From: Fimbriimonadales bacterium
GTDB taxonomy: Bacteria; Armatimonadota; Fimbriimonadia; Fimbriimonadales; Fimbriimonadaceae
DNA length: 64,000 nucleotides
Reading direction: 5' to 3'
Assembly (NCBI GenBank): GCA_046330155.1
Contig: JAXLTH010000005.1
Span: 17,417 to 81,416 of the forward strand
Shown: piece by piece, positions 7,937 to 17,284 of the stretch
How positions within the stretch are numbered: the first letter of the stretch is position 1
Layout of the letters: each line of letters opens with the position of its first letter
The notes under the pieces: generated by a model
The model's database searches: none
Seen by the model: the letters and a program-made list of their open reading frames with translations, nothing else
What the model was told of the DNA's origin: nothing
Made by a program: the position numbers and the translations under genes

Positions 7937-10900
7937 ATGAAGCGGCCGGATTTGACGATTCTCGGATACGCCGGACTGAACTTGGCTTTGGTCGGGCTGT
8001 GTTTCGGGGCCTTTCCGGGACAGCTCGGCTATCCGGGTATATGGCTTCCCCTCGGAATCCAGACGATCGCCTTCACCAACGTTTCGCGGCGTCAATGGCT
8101 TGGTCTCGGCGTAGCCTTCGCGTTGACGAGCATCGTGCCGGTTCTGTTCTCCGTGCCGCATGCGGTTCCCGATGGCCTCGCCACGGTAGCCGCTGCCGTC
8201 GCTGCCGCCATCGCAAACGATCTCCTCATCGCTTCGCGCAGGTTTCGAGGCTCCCTGGGGCGAATCACGGCGTACTGTCTCGCGAGCGCCCTCGTGGGCG
8301 GTCCCGCGTTCGCTTCCCTATCGGTCCTAAGCGATAGCGTCCTCACGCCAAGCGCCCTGCAAGATTGGAATATGCTGAATCGGTCCGCATCCGTTGGCGG
8401 ACTGCTTGTTGGCGCCATCGCCCTCGCCAAGTGGCCTACCACGGCATCGAAAGTCAACCTGCTTCGACTGGTCGAAGGAGTCGCCGTCGTATTGGCGACC
8501 TTTGGGGCGGGTTGGCTCATGTTCTCTTCGGACCCGACGCGTCACGCCGTTAGCCCGCTCAGACTCTACATGGTCTTCCCATTTCTGATCTGGGCCGCCG
8601 TTCGATTCCGAACGGCGGTTACGGCTTTCGCTTCCGTCGTGCTTTGCGCCACGGCAATCGTGTGGACTGACATCGGGCGTGGGCCGTTCGTGTCGCGCGC
8701 CTCGGGAGATCCCAACTTCTGGTTCGAGACGTTCCTCTTGTTTGCCACGGGCACCTCGATGATGCTGGCCGCGTTCCTCGAGGACCAAAGCCAGGGCAAC
8801 GAAGAGCTTCGGCTTAACAAGTTCGCCATAGACCACGCTTCCGTCGCCGTTCTCTGGATCCGTCGCGATGCGACGATCAGCTACGTCAACGACGCCGCGG
8901 TTGCTCTGCTCGGTCTAGCCAGAGACCAGTTGGTCGGCGCCGACGTCCAGACTTTCGATCCCAGTTGGGACCGAGCCAGATGGGACGACCTGTGGTCCTC
9001 TCTGCAAGGCAAAGAGTCCCACACCTTCGAACGCGAGATCGTCCTGCCGAGCGGCAACTCCGTTGCCGTTGAAGTGACGACGAACTTTGTCCGCTACAAC
9101 GACGAGGAGTTGCAGGTGGCCTATGTTCGCGACGTTACGGCCCAGAAGCAGGCCCTGCAAGCCGTTCGCGAATCCCAACAGAGCTATCAACTTCTGGTCC
9201 AACAGGCTTCCGACGGCATATTCGTCGCCGACCAAAGCGGCCGGTATCTCGACGCCAACGAGCGGGGATGCCAAATGGTCGGATACTCTCTTGACGAGAT
9301 CCGCCAGTTGAGCATGAGCGATCTCGTTCACGATGGCGACCTCAGCCGTAACCCGTTTCGCTTCGACGAGCTCCACGCGAAGGGATTCCTGGTTGCCGAG
9401 CGAACCCTCCGCAAGAAGGACGGCAGCTTGCTTCACGTGGAGATCAGCGCAAGCCTCCTGCCCGACGGGCGTTTTCTGGGGCTCGTTCGAGATATAGGCG
9501 CTCGCCATCTCGCCGAACAGACGCTCCGCCGGTCTTTAGAGCAGATTTCGGGCATCTTGGCTTCCCTTCCCTGTGGCGTATTGCAAACCGACCTTGAGTC
9601 GAGGGTGCATTATGCCAACGAGTTGGGCCTATCGATGCTTGGCGAAGGCGGAGTCGAACCGCTGGGCAAACGGCTCCAGGAGCTTGGCGTGACGATGGTG
9701 ACCCTTGAAGGCGAGCGCTATGCTCCCGGCACCCGAATCTTCAAGGATGTCGTTACCAGGCTTACCACTCAGCCGCCTACCCTTCTGGGAGTCGAGTATC
9801 CCAACGGAACGTTCCGGTGGGTTGTCGTGACGGCAGTGCCGTACCGCCAACCAGATACCAACGAACTCGTAGGCGCGATCATCGCGCTGCTCGACGTCAC
9901 GGCCCAGCGGGATCAAGAGCGAGCGCTCCGCGAAAGCGAAGAGCGACTTCGCTTGTCTGTCGACGCGATGCCTGCCCTCTTCTGGACGACAGATCTTGAT
10001 CTTCGAATCGTATCCGCCCTGGGCGCCAACGTTCCGGACGATGGCAGCCCCGAAGAATCCCTTGAGGGCAAGAACTTGCGCGAGATCTTTCACGCGGACA
10101 GCGACGACGCTGAGCCTGTCGCCGCCCATTTGGAGGCCATCGACGGTCGTGAGCAGTCGTTCGACTATCCATGGCAAGGAAAGTACTACTCATTCCGCAT
10201 TCGTCCGCTCACCGACCCGTCGGGCGTCGTGACCGGGGCGGTCACCCTTGCCCTGGACATCACGGAGCGCAAGGAAGCCGAGTTTGAGGTTGTTCAGCTC
10301 AACCAGAACTTGGAAAGACTCGTCGCTGAGCGAACCGCCGAGTTGGCAGACACCGTTCACGAACTCGAGTCGTTTTCGTACTCGGTCTCGCACGACCTTC
10401 GGGCACCGTTACGAGCGCTCACCAGTTACGCCCACATTCTGAGGAGCGACTACCACGAAATCTTCCAAGGCGAACCCGGCGAGTTTCTGGAACGCATGGA
10501 AGTGAACGCCAAGCGGATGTCCGATCTGATCGACACGCTGCTCATGTTCTCCCGCATGGGGCGCCAACCGGTTGTTCGGCAGAAGCAAGATATGGGCCTG
10601 CTCGCCCGAACCGTCTACGACGAGTTCCACGACAACGCCAACCCCAAGCCAGACCTCGAAATCCAGCCGCGACTACCGGACGCCCGGGTGGATCCGAAGC
10701 TGATGCACCAGGTGTTGCACAACCTATTCAGCAACGCCATCAAGTTCAGCCGGCGCACCGAGAAACCCAAAATCGAGTTCGGGTTCCACGTGGGCACAGA
10801 CCCCACCGTTTACTTTGTGCGAGACAACGGCACCGGGTTCGATATGGCCTATGTGGATAAGATCTTCGGGGTGTTCACCCGGCTTCACAGCACCGAGGAC

Positions 10901-11032
10901 TACGAGGGCACTGGCGTCGGGCTCGCCATCGTCCAACGGATCATCAACCGGCACGGCGGCAAAATCTGGGCGGAGAGCGCCGTTGGGAAGGGCACCACGA
11001 TCTTCTTTACGGTAGAGCCTGAAGCCGACTAG
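7937..11032 (+). CDS. Sensor histidine kinase: polytopic MASE1-like N-terminus, multiple PAS domains, HisKA, HATPase_c
   Basis: 1031 aa. About 290 aa of hydrophobic helices, then roughly four PAS-like repeats. H-box FSYSVSHDLRAPLRAL; N/G boxes LHNLFSNAIKF, VRDNGTGFD, GTGVGLAIVQRI. Confidence 0.9.
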   Translation: MKRPDLTILGYAGLNLALVGLCFGAFPGQLGYPGIWLPLGIQTIAFTNVSRRQWLGLGVAFALTSIVPVLFSVPHAVPDGLATVAAAVAAAIANDLLIASRRFRGSLGRITAYCLASALVGGPAFASLSVLSDSVLTPSALQDWNMLNRSASVGGLLVGAIALAKWPTTASKVNLLRLVEGVAVVLATFGAGWLMFSSDPTRHAVSPLRLYMVFPFLIWAAVRFRTAVTAFASVVLCATAIVWTDIGRGPFVSRASGDPNFWFETFLLFATGTSMMLAAFLEDQSQGNEELRLNKFAIDHASVAVLWIRRDATISYVNDAAVALLGLARDQLVGADVQTFDPSWDRARWDDLWSSLQGKESHTFEREIVLPSGNSVAVEVTTNFVRYNDEELQVAYVRDVTAQKQALQAVRESQQSYQLLVQQASDGIFVADQSGRYLDANERGCQMVGYSLDEIRQLSMSDLVHDGDLSRNPFRFDELHAKGFLVAERTLRKKDGSLLHVEISASLLPDGRFLGLVRDIGARHLAEQTLRRSLEQISGILASLPCGVLQTDLESRVHYANELGLSMLGEGGVEPLGKRLQELGVTMVTLEGERYAPGTRIFKDVVTRLTTQPPTLLGVEYPNGTFRWVVVTAVPYRQPDTNELVGAIIALLDVTAQRDQERALRESEERLRLSVDAMPALFWTTDLDLRIVSALGANVPDDGSPEESLEGKNLREIFHADSDDAEPVAAHLEAIDGREQSFDYPWQGKYYSFRIRPLTDPSGVVTGAVTLALDITERKEAEFEVVQLNQNLERLVAERTAELADTVHELESFSYSVSHDLRAPLRALTSYAHILRSDYHEIFQGEPGEFLERMEVNAKRMSDLIDTLLMFSRMGRQPVVRQKQDMGLLARTVYDEFHDNANPKPDLEIQPRLPDARVDPKLMHQVLHNLFSNAIKFSRRTEKPKIEFGFHVGTDPTVYFVRDNGTGFDMAYVDKIFGVFTRLHSTEDYEGTGVGLAIVQRIINRHGGKIWAESAVGKGTTIFFTVEPEAD

Positions 11033-12012
11033 TCGCCAAACCCGTCGGGATGCGACTCGTGCCATCGCCAGGCGTCGCCCACAATGTCGTCCAGGTTCGG
11101 GCGTTGCGGCGTCCAACCTAGCTCAGCGCGAATCCGCTCGCTGCTGGCGATGAGCTTCGCCGGATCGCCGGGACGGCGAGGGGCGTCTTCGTGGGGCACT
11201 TTGAGCCCACTGACCCGTTCGACGGTGTCGATCACCTGCCGCACAGAGAAACCCTGGCCGTTGCCCAAGTTGTACTGGCGTGAACCGCCGCCGCCGAGTA
11301 AGTGGCGAACGGCAAGCAGGTGCGCCTGCGCCAAGTCCTCGATGTGGATATAGTCGCGAAAGCAGGTGCCGTCAACCGTGTCGTAATCGTTGCCGAACAC
11401 CTTGAGCATCGGCCGCTTACCTTGCGCGGCGAAGATGGCAAGCGGAATGAGGTGCTCTTCGGTTCGATGCGCCTCGCCAAGCTCCCCGTCCTGGTCGGCT
11501 CCCGCCGCGTTGAAGTAGCGAAGGCACACGGAACGCAGGCCATGCGCCGTCTCGAAAGACGGCAGCATCTGCTCGACCATCAGCTTGCTGAGTCCGTAGG
11601 GGCTCGTCGGCGCCTTGGGGTGGTCCTCGTCGATGGGAACGTATTGCGGCTCGCCGTACACCGCGGCGGTCGAACTGAAGACGAACTTGTCCGTGCTCGT
11701 CTGGCGCATCGCCTCCAGGAGGTTCAAGACGCCCGCCGTGTTGTTCTCGAAGTACTTGCCGGGCTCTCGGACGCTCTGGCCGACGCTGATATACGCGCCG
11801 AAGTGCATGACGAGATCGAACTTGCGCGATTGAAGCGCGGCAAGCACCTGTTCTGGCTTTCGGAGGTCGCCCAGGATGAACTCGGCCGGGCCAACGGCAG
11901 CCCGGTGACCCTCTTCAAGATTGTCGAAAACGACGTACGGGATTCCCTCGGCTCGCAGGAGTTTGCCCACGTGCGAGCCGATGTAGCCGGCTCCGCCGAC
12001 AACCAAAATCAT
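11029..12012 (-). CDS. galE: UDP-glucose 4-epimerase
   Basis: MILVVGGAGYIGSHV Rossmann start, YGLSKLMVE (YxxxK), full-length SDR epimerase pattern, 327 aa. Confidence 0.9.
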   Translation of the reverse strand: MILVVGGAGYIGSHVGKLLRAEGIPYVVFDNLEEGHRAAVGPAEFILGDLRKPEQVLAALQSRKFDLVMHFGAYISVGQSVREPGKYFENNTAGVLNLLEAMRQTSTDKFVFSSTAAVYGEPQYVPIDEDHPKAPTSPYGLSKLMVEQMLPSFETAHGLRSVCLRYFNAAGADQDGELGEAHRTEEHLIPLAIFAAQGKRPMLKVFGNDYDTVDGTCFRDYIHIEDLAQAHLLAVRHLLGGGGSRQYNLGNGQGFSVRQVIDTVERVSGLKVPHEDAPRRPGDPAKLIASSERIRAELGWTPQRPNLDDIVGDAWRWHESHPDGFGD

Positions 12013-12725
12013 CAGCGCTTCATCTTCCGCGTCAGCGGGAACGGCTTGCCCTGGAGCTTCTTCCAGGTCGCCTGCTGAGCCGGGGTGAGAACCGTGTTCG
12101 CGAACGCCCGCGCCTGCGCGTAGTACTTGTCGTAAATCGCGTCATGTCGATCCATGGCGGCGTCGAGCTTCTCGCGGCGCTTTGGGTCGTTCTTGGCGAC
12201 CTTCGGAGGGGGATCCTTCTGCGCCTCTTTACGTGCGGCAGCGAAGATCTCGTCCCACTTGGCGATCAGCTTCTTATCTTGCGCGTCGGTCAGCTTCAGC
12301 GCCTTCCTCGCCGGCTCGCTGCGAATAGCGAGAATATCGATCGCCTGATAGCTGATCTCGGAAAGCCGTTGGTATTGAGGTTTCGTGAGCCAGCCCACGA
12401 TCATGGCTTCCTTTGCGAGCCACTTGACCCGCATCTGCTCCATCTCGAGCGGTTTGTCTTTGGGACTGACGGGCTTGTCGTATTCGGTCGTGATCTTCTT
12501 GACCATGGCCGCGCTCAGCTTCAGTTCCTTCTGGATCGCAGGCTCAAGCAACATGCGGGCGCGAGGCACGATCGGCGGCGTCAGACCGGGCGGATACTTG
12601 CTCTTCGGGCGCTCAAAGGTCGCCTGAGGCATCATGGTGGGCTTGCTCGGCGTTTTCTGCGCGAACGACGGCTGGCCGACCACGAGCAAGACGGCGGCGA
12701 ATGCGAAAAATCTGGATCGGTGCAT
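12012..12725 (-). CDS. Secreted Lys-rich hypothetical protein
   Basis: Internal ATG 12725 gives the signal peptide MHRSRFFAFAAVLLVVGQPSFAQ. Its stop overlaps the galE start by 1 nt (TGATG). Confidence 0.55.
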   Translation of the reverse strand: MHRSRFFAFAAVLLVVGQPSFAQKTPSKPTMMPQATFERPKSKYPPGLTPPIVPRARMLLEPAIQKELKLSAAMVKKITTEYDKPVSPKDKPLEMEQMRVKWLAKEAMIVGWLTKPQYQRLSEISYQAIDILAIRSEPARKALKLTDAQDKKLIAKWDEIFAAARKEAQKDPPPKVAKNDPKRREKLDAAMDRHDAIYDKYYAQARAFANTVLTPAQQATWKKLQGKPFPLTRKMKR

Positions 12726-12831
12726 ATCCTTTGGCTCTCCCATTGGGAACCCCCGAAGTGTATCCAACATCGCGCACGTTCAACATCGTTCCCAGCCACA
12801 AATCTTTCTCGGTAAACCTAGCAGTTTTTTC

Positions 12832-12860
12832 TTGACTTGGGACCACACCTGTGTTATCCT
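12832..12860 (+). promoter_or_regulatory. Sigma-70-type promoter candidate (TTGACT-N17-TATCCT)
   Basis: TTGACT at 12832-12837 and TATCCT at 12855-12860, about 60 nt upstream of ATG 12920. GGAGG precedes the start. Confidence 0.45.
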
Positions 12861-12919
12861 GACTTCACGACGGGCGCCTATGGTCGCCTGGCGACTTCGT
12901 TTGGAGGTTAGAGGCTATA

Positions 12920-14287
12920 ATGTCACTTTTTAGCAAAAGGATGACCGCTTCGGTTCTGGCTGCGTGTGCCCTGCTGGGTTCCGCCAACGCCGCGATTCGC
13001 GAATCATTCACGTTCAATAACTGGGAGCCCGTGCAAACGGCCCTCACCAACATCAACACCGGCACGTTGCGGAACTACACGTTCACCACCAGCGGCTGGA
13101 ACCTCGGTCGCATCGACTACACGGGCGACGTGACTGAAATCAACGGCACCACCGGCGACTTCGGTAGCGAGAGCCGGATCCTGGTCAAAGAGCCGGACGG
13201 TCTGTATGTCGTCATCCAGCCGACCGCGGTGACGGGTTATACGGGAACGCTTGCCTTCAGCGGCCACTTCCACATCAACGACGGCTACGCCGCTCCGTTT
13301 GGAAGCCAGCCCTGGGAGTTCCGCTACATCAACACGTTCGACGATACGCCTACGGGCGGCGTGGCAGACTGCTCGATGAACATCACGTTCAACGTGACCG
13401 ATGAGCCGATTCAGCCTCCGTCAGGCGCGATCGACCTCGGAACGATCGGCAACCCCGGCCAAGACGTGACCGGCACTTATGCCGCACAAGAAGTCAAGTG
13501 GTACAAGTTCGCCATCGCTGAAGCGACTGGCGCCCACTACCTTGACATCAACACCGAACTCACCACCTCGTTCTCGAGCGGTGACACGGAACTTGGACTC
13601 TACAGTTCAAACGGCACCCTCATCGCGAACGACGACGACGGCGGCACGGGCTTCTTGAGCCTCCTCCAGTTCGGCGTCGCGGCGGGACATGGCACGATCG
13701 ACCTCCCGGTCGGAACGTACTATCTCGCAGTTGGCGGCTACAACACCACGTTCAATGGCGGCTTTGATGCCGTCAGCGGTTCGACCGCAACGGGCGATAT
13801 CGTCGTCAGCTTCGTCACCGACCTCACGGGCGGCGGCGGCGGCGGCAACATCGTCAACCCGACCGGCATCACGGTTATCGAAGGCGAGTCGCCCGACGGC
13901 GCCCTCGACGCAGTGTTCACCAGCGACGACACGTACTTCACCTGCTTCAACGACTCGCTGACCTTGGGTTGCGAGCTCGAGATCGCCGGTACCCTCAACC
14001 ACGCTTGGACGACTCTCAAGTTCAAGTTCGAGGGCAACGTGAGCCGCGGCGGTTTGATCCAACAGATCAAGCTGCGAAACTACACGACCGGCCAGTGGGT
14101 TACCCTGGACGGCACTGTAGCCACGACGTCGGACAGCAGCCGCGAGATCACCGTGACCTCGGCCGCCTACTCTAACGAGAACGGCGACCTCGGAGCCCGC
14201 GTCAAGTGGTATCCGGTCAACGATGAAGCTCCCGCCTTCGACGGCTGGCAGCACGCCATCGACCTCTCTGTCTGGCAGTACAACTAA
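12920..14287 (+). CDS. Secreted protein with a PPC-like (pre-peptidase C-terminal type) middle domain, a poly-Gly linker and a C-terminal domain shared with the 23855..25129 product
   Basis: Signal peptide MSLFSKRMTASVLAACALLGSANA. PPC-like stretch YKFAIAEATGAHYLDINT...DTELGLYSSNGTLIANDDDGG...GTYYLAVGGY. GGGGGG linker. C-terminal ...VKWYPVNDEAPAFDGWQHAIDLSVWQYN. Confidence 0.85.
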   Translation: MSLFSKRMTASVLAACALLGSANAAIRESFTFNNWEPVQTALTNINTGTLRNYTFTTSGWNLGRIDYTGDVTEINGTTGDFGSESRILVKEPDGLYVVIQPTAVTGYTGTLAFSGHFHINDGYAAPFGSQPWEFRYINTFDDTPTGGVADCSMNITFNVTDEPIQPPSGAIDLGTIGNPGQDVTGTYAAQEVKWYKFAIAEATGAHYLDINTELTTSFSSGDTELGLYSSNGTLIANDDDGGTGFLSLLQFGVAAGHGTIDLPVGTYYLAVGGYNTTFNGGFDAVSGSTATGDIVVSFVTDLTGGGGGGNIVNPTGITVIEGESPDGALDAVFTSDDTYFTCFNDSLTLGCELEIAGTLNHAWTTLKFKFEGNVSRGGLIQQIKLRNYTTGQWVTLDGTVATTSDSSREITVTSAAYSNENGDLGARVKWYPVNDEAPAFDGWQHAIDLSVWQYN

Positions 14288-14310
14288 GCCTGGCTTAGTC
14301 CGCAAGACGA

Positions 14311-14347
14311 CGGCCCGCCCGAGGAATCGGGCGGGCCGTTTCATTTG
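14311..14347 (+). terminator. Rho-independent terminator after 12920..14287
   Basis: 10-bp stem CGGCCCGCCC / GGGCGGGCCG (14311-14320 / 14329-14338) followed by TTTCATTT. Confidence 0.7.
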
Positions 14348-14355
14348 CCACGCGC

Positions 14356-14396
14356 AAAAAAGCGGGAAGCCATTCGGCTTCCCGCTTTGTCTATTT
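14356..14396. terminator. Bidirectional terminator-like hairpin
   Basis: 11-bp stem AGCGGGAAGCC / GGCTTCCCGCT (14361-14371 / 14376-14386), flanked by AAAAA on the left and TTGTCTATTT on the right. Confidence 0.6.
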
Positions 14397-14562
14397 CGCG
14401 CAAGGAGATGGGTTCATAACGGGAACCCATAGCCTCGGTCGGCACAGGTTGCTAAAACCCGGCACCCCCCTGCGCGACTTGTTGGTTGTTAGGACTCTTC
14501 AATAGCACCACCTCCTGGCTTAAGGATGTTAACAATGACGCGATGGCGCGCGAAATAGTTTC

Positions 14563-15174
14563 CTAACCGCCTTCCGAATCCGTTCGCGCAATGTCCTCGC
14601 GCGCTTTCTCGGGCGAAAGTCGCAAGTTCGCCAACACGGTTCGATCCCCGATCGCCTCGATGATCTTCCGCTCCGTAGCCCCTACCGTGATGGCGCACAA
14701 AACGTAACGCGACGCGCCCTTGTCCCAAAACCAGTACGCCGCCTTCTTGCCCGTGATGGCTTCGCGCTGGGAGTCTTGGTCTCGGTCCTTCAGCGCGGTG
14801 TAGAGCCGGACCACCTCGTCGTCGGTGCCCTTTTCTCGCACCACCATGGCGGCGGCGATCCGGCCCCGATAAGCGATCACGCCCAAGCCGACGCCGTCTT
14901 TGTTCCAGCCCCAAGCCTCATAGGGCGACATGAACCCAGCGGGCAACCGAATTACGGGAACGGCGCCCTCGGCGGCGGGCACCTCGGCCTTCAGCTCGTC
15001 GAGCGATTCGCCCAGATGAACGCGATGATCGCGGAACTCGATCTGGAGGTCTTGGTCCAGTTCGTCGGAAGGTGCTCCGACGACGGTCTTGGGCTCGGAA
15101 GGGGGCGCGGTGCCGGACTGGCCGGCGCATCCCGCCAAGAACGCGAATCCGAAAGCCGCGACTACCCTCTTCAT
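14563..15174 (-). CDS. Lipoprotein of unknown function
   Basis: MKRVVAAFGFAFLAGC lipobox. Starts 1 nt after the greA stop, so likely co-transcribed. Confidence 0.7.
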   Translation of the reverse strand: MKRVVAAFGFAFLAGCAGQSGTAPPSEPKTVVGAPSDELDQDLQIEFRDHRVHLGESLDELKAEVPAAEGAVPVIRLPAGFMSPYEAWGWNKDGVGLGVIAYRGRIAAAMVVREKGTDDEVVRLYTALKDRDQDSQREAITGKKAAYWFWDKGASRYVLCAITVGATERKIIEAIGDRTVLANLRLSPEKAREDIARTDSEGG

Positions 15175-15175
15175 C

Positions 15176-15655
15176 CTACATCTCGGTGCGAATTGCCTTG
15201 ATGCGGTAGTGCGTCACTCCGCCTGGCGCCTCGACTTGAACCTCTTCTCCCGCCACTCTACCCAGCACCGCCGCTCCCAAGGGTGCGGTGATCGAAATCA
15301 GGTCCTTCGACGGGTCCGCCTCAAACGATCCGACCAGCGTGATCTCGAACTCGTCGCCGAACTCCATGTCTTCGAGCAAGACCTTCGACATGAGCTGCGC
15401 CGAGTTGTCGTCTTCCGCCGGGCCGTCCACGATCTTCGCCAGCTGCACGGCTTTTTCCAGGTCGGCGATGCGGCTCTCCAAACGAGCCTGATTGAGCTTG
15501 GCTTCGTGGTAAGCCGCGTTTTCGCGAAGGTCGCCATGCGACTTGGCCTCGCGGATGGCTTCGGCGATGCGGCCGCGTTCCGGTCCCTTCAGGAACTCAA
15601 GCTCCGCCTTCAACTTCTCAAAACCAGCACGGGTCAATCGAACATCGCTCGCCAT
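15176..15655 (-). CDS. greA: Transcription elongation factor GreA
   Basis: 159 aa. LTRAGFEKLKAELEFLK...IAEAIREAKSHGDLRENAAYHEAK is the canonical GreA coiled-coil, followed by the C-terminal domain. Confidence 0.95.
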   Translation of the reverse strand: MASDVRLTRAGFEKLKAELEFLKGPERGRIAEAIREAKSHGDLRENAAYHEAKLNQARLESRIADLEKAVQLAKIVDGPAEDDNSAQLMSKVLLEDMEFGDEFEITLVGSFEADPSKDLISITAPLGAAVLGRVAGEEVQVEAPGGVTHYRIKAIRTEM

Positions 15656-15678
15656 GGACCGGATATTGTAGCATCGGC

Positions 15679-16584
15679 ATGGTGGAACCGTCGAAGCCTC
15701 GCGTCAGCGTCGTGGTCGTCAACTTCAATACGAAGGACGCCCTTCGCCGTTGCCTCGCCAGTATCGAAGCGCACCACGAGACGATCGTCGTGGACAACGC
15801 TTCCACCGACGGGTCGAGCGAAATGGTGGCAAGGGACTTCCCAGGCGTGCGTTTGATCCCAAACGACGCGAACGTCGGGTTCGGCGCTGCCAACAACCAG
15901 GGTATCCGCGCAGCGTCGGGCGATTGGGTTCTCCTTCTCAACAGCGACGCATGGGCGACGCCCGGGTCCATCGACCGCTTGGCGGACACCTTGGACCGCC
16001 ACGGCGCCGTGGCAGGCGGAGGGCGCCTTTTCAACCCCGATGGGACCTTGCAACCTTCGGTTGCCCGTCAGCTCACGCTCGGCGCGGTCCTCTCGGAGCA
16101 ACTTTATCTGGAGCGTTTCACGCACACCTATTGGCGCGACCCCGCCTCGTTCGAGGAACCCACGGAGGTAGATCAAGTCATGGGCGCCTGCCTGATGATG
16201 AAGCCGGTCGCCTTCTTCGACGGGCGGTTCTTCCTGTACTGCGAGGACACAGAGCTATGCCACCGCCTCAAGGAAAGAGGATCCATCGTCCACGACCCCA
16301 AAGCCGAGTTCTTCCACGAACTCGGGACCAGCAGCACAACCAATCGCTGGCTTTCGGTGGCTCGATACAACCGAGGCAAGGAACTCTACTTCCTCATCCA
16401 TCACGGTAAGGCCCAGATGGCGGTGTGTTGGGTTCTGAATCGCCTCGGTGCGATCCTGCGATTTGCCGCCTGGACGCTGATCAGTCTGGTGACCCTGGGC
16501 CGCACCCAGGCGCAGATGTGGCTCTTCCTGCGGGTGTTGTTCGCTCCGGTCAGTGGGCCGCCGGACCCCCGTAGAGGGAGATAA
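15679..16584 (+). CDS. Family 2 glycosyltransferase
   Basis: VSVVVVNFNTKDALRRCLASI...VVDNASTDGS...GFGAANNQG...LLNSD (DxD region). Confidence 0.9.
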   Translation: MVEPSKPRVSVVVVNFNTKDALRRCLASIEAHHETIVVDNASTDGSSEMVARDFPGVRLIPNDANVGFGAANNQGIRAASGDWVLLLNSDAWATPGSIDRLADTLDRHGAVAGGGRLFNPDGTLQPSVARQLTLGAVLSEQLYLERFTHTYWRDPASFEEPTEVDQVMGACLMMKPVAFFDGRFFLYCEDTELCHRLKERGSIVHDPKAEFFHELGTSSTTNRWLSVARYNRGKELYFLIHHGKAQMAVCWVLNRLGAILRFAAWTLISLVTLGRTQAQMWLFLRVLFAPVSGPPDPRRGR

Positions 16585-17284
16585 CCTCATCGGGGTCGCC
16601 TTCGGCGGCGATCAAGCCGTCCTTGAGCCAGATCGCGCGATCCGCCACTCTTCGCACGGAGTCCATGTCGTGCGAGACGAACAAGATGCTCCCGCCGTTC
16701 GCGCGGAACTCGTCGATCTTGGCGTAGCACTTACGCTCGAACTCGTAGTCGCCGACCGCCAAGACCTCGTCCACCAGCAGCACGTCCGCATCGACGTGAA
16801 CCGCGACGGCGAATCCAAGTCTCGCCAGCATTCCGCTGGAGTAGGTTCGAACCGGGGTGTCGATGTGCGACCGAAGCTCCGCAAACTCGATGATGTCGTC
16901 GAGCCGCTTCTGGACTTCCTTCCGCGTCAATCCGAGAACGACCCCGTTGAAGAACACGTTCTCGATTCCGGACAGATCCGGGTGGAAACCGGCGCCAAGT
17001 TCAAGCAGGGGCGCGCAGCGTCCCCGAACGATCACTTCGCCTGAGGTGGGCTTGTACACGCGCGCCAGCAACGACAGCAAGGTGGACTTCCCCGCCCCGT
17101 TTCGTCCGATTACCGCCACGCTCTCGCCCTTTGCCACGGAGAAAGAAATTCCCCTCAGCACTTGCAGGTGTTCCAGTTTCCGCCTCTTCCACCAAAGTAG
17201 AAGGGTCTTGAGCGACGACGCGCCCGAGTGGCTGAGCAAGAACTCCTTGCGGAGGTCTCGGACCTCGAGAGTGGGCTCGCTCAT
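16550..17284 (-). CDS. Polysaccharide/teichoic-acid-type ABC exporter ATP-binding protein (Wzt/TagH-like, short form)
   Basis: Internal ATG 17284 (MSEPTLEVRDLRKEF) of track ORF 16550..17794. Walker A GRNGAGKST, signature YSSGM, Walker B LLVDE. ATGA overlap with the permease stop. Confidence 0.9.
   Translation of the reverse strand: MSEPTLEVRDLRKEFLLSHSGASSLKTLLLWWKRRKLEHLQVLRGISFSVAKGESVAVIGRNGAGKSTLLSLLARVYKPTSGEVIVRGRCAPLLELGAGFHPDLSGIENVFFNGVVLGLTRKEVQKRLDDIIEFAELRSHIDTPVRTYSSGMLARLGFAVAVHVDADVLLVDEVLAVGDYEFERKCYAKIDEFRANGGSILFVSHDMDSVRRVADRAIWLKDGLIAAEGDPDEVISLYGGPAAH

Noticed and set aside
13828-13846. GGC trinucleotide repeat
   Set aside because: It lies in frame inside 12920..14287 and encodes a GGGGGG linker. 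It is not an independent repeat element. The same applies to the Gly codon runs near 19880-19925 and 37750-37775.
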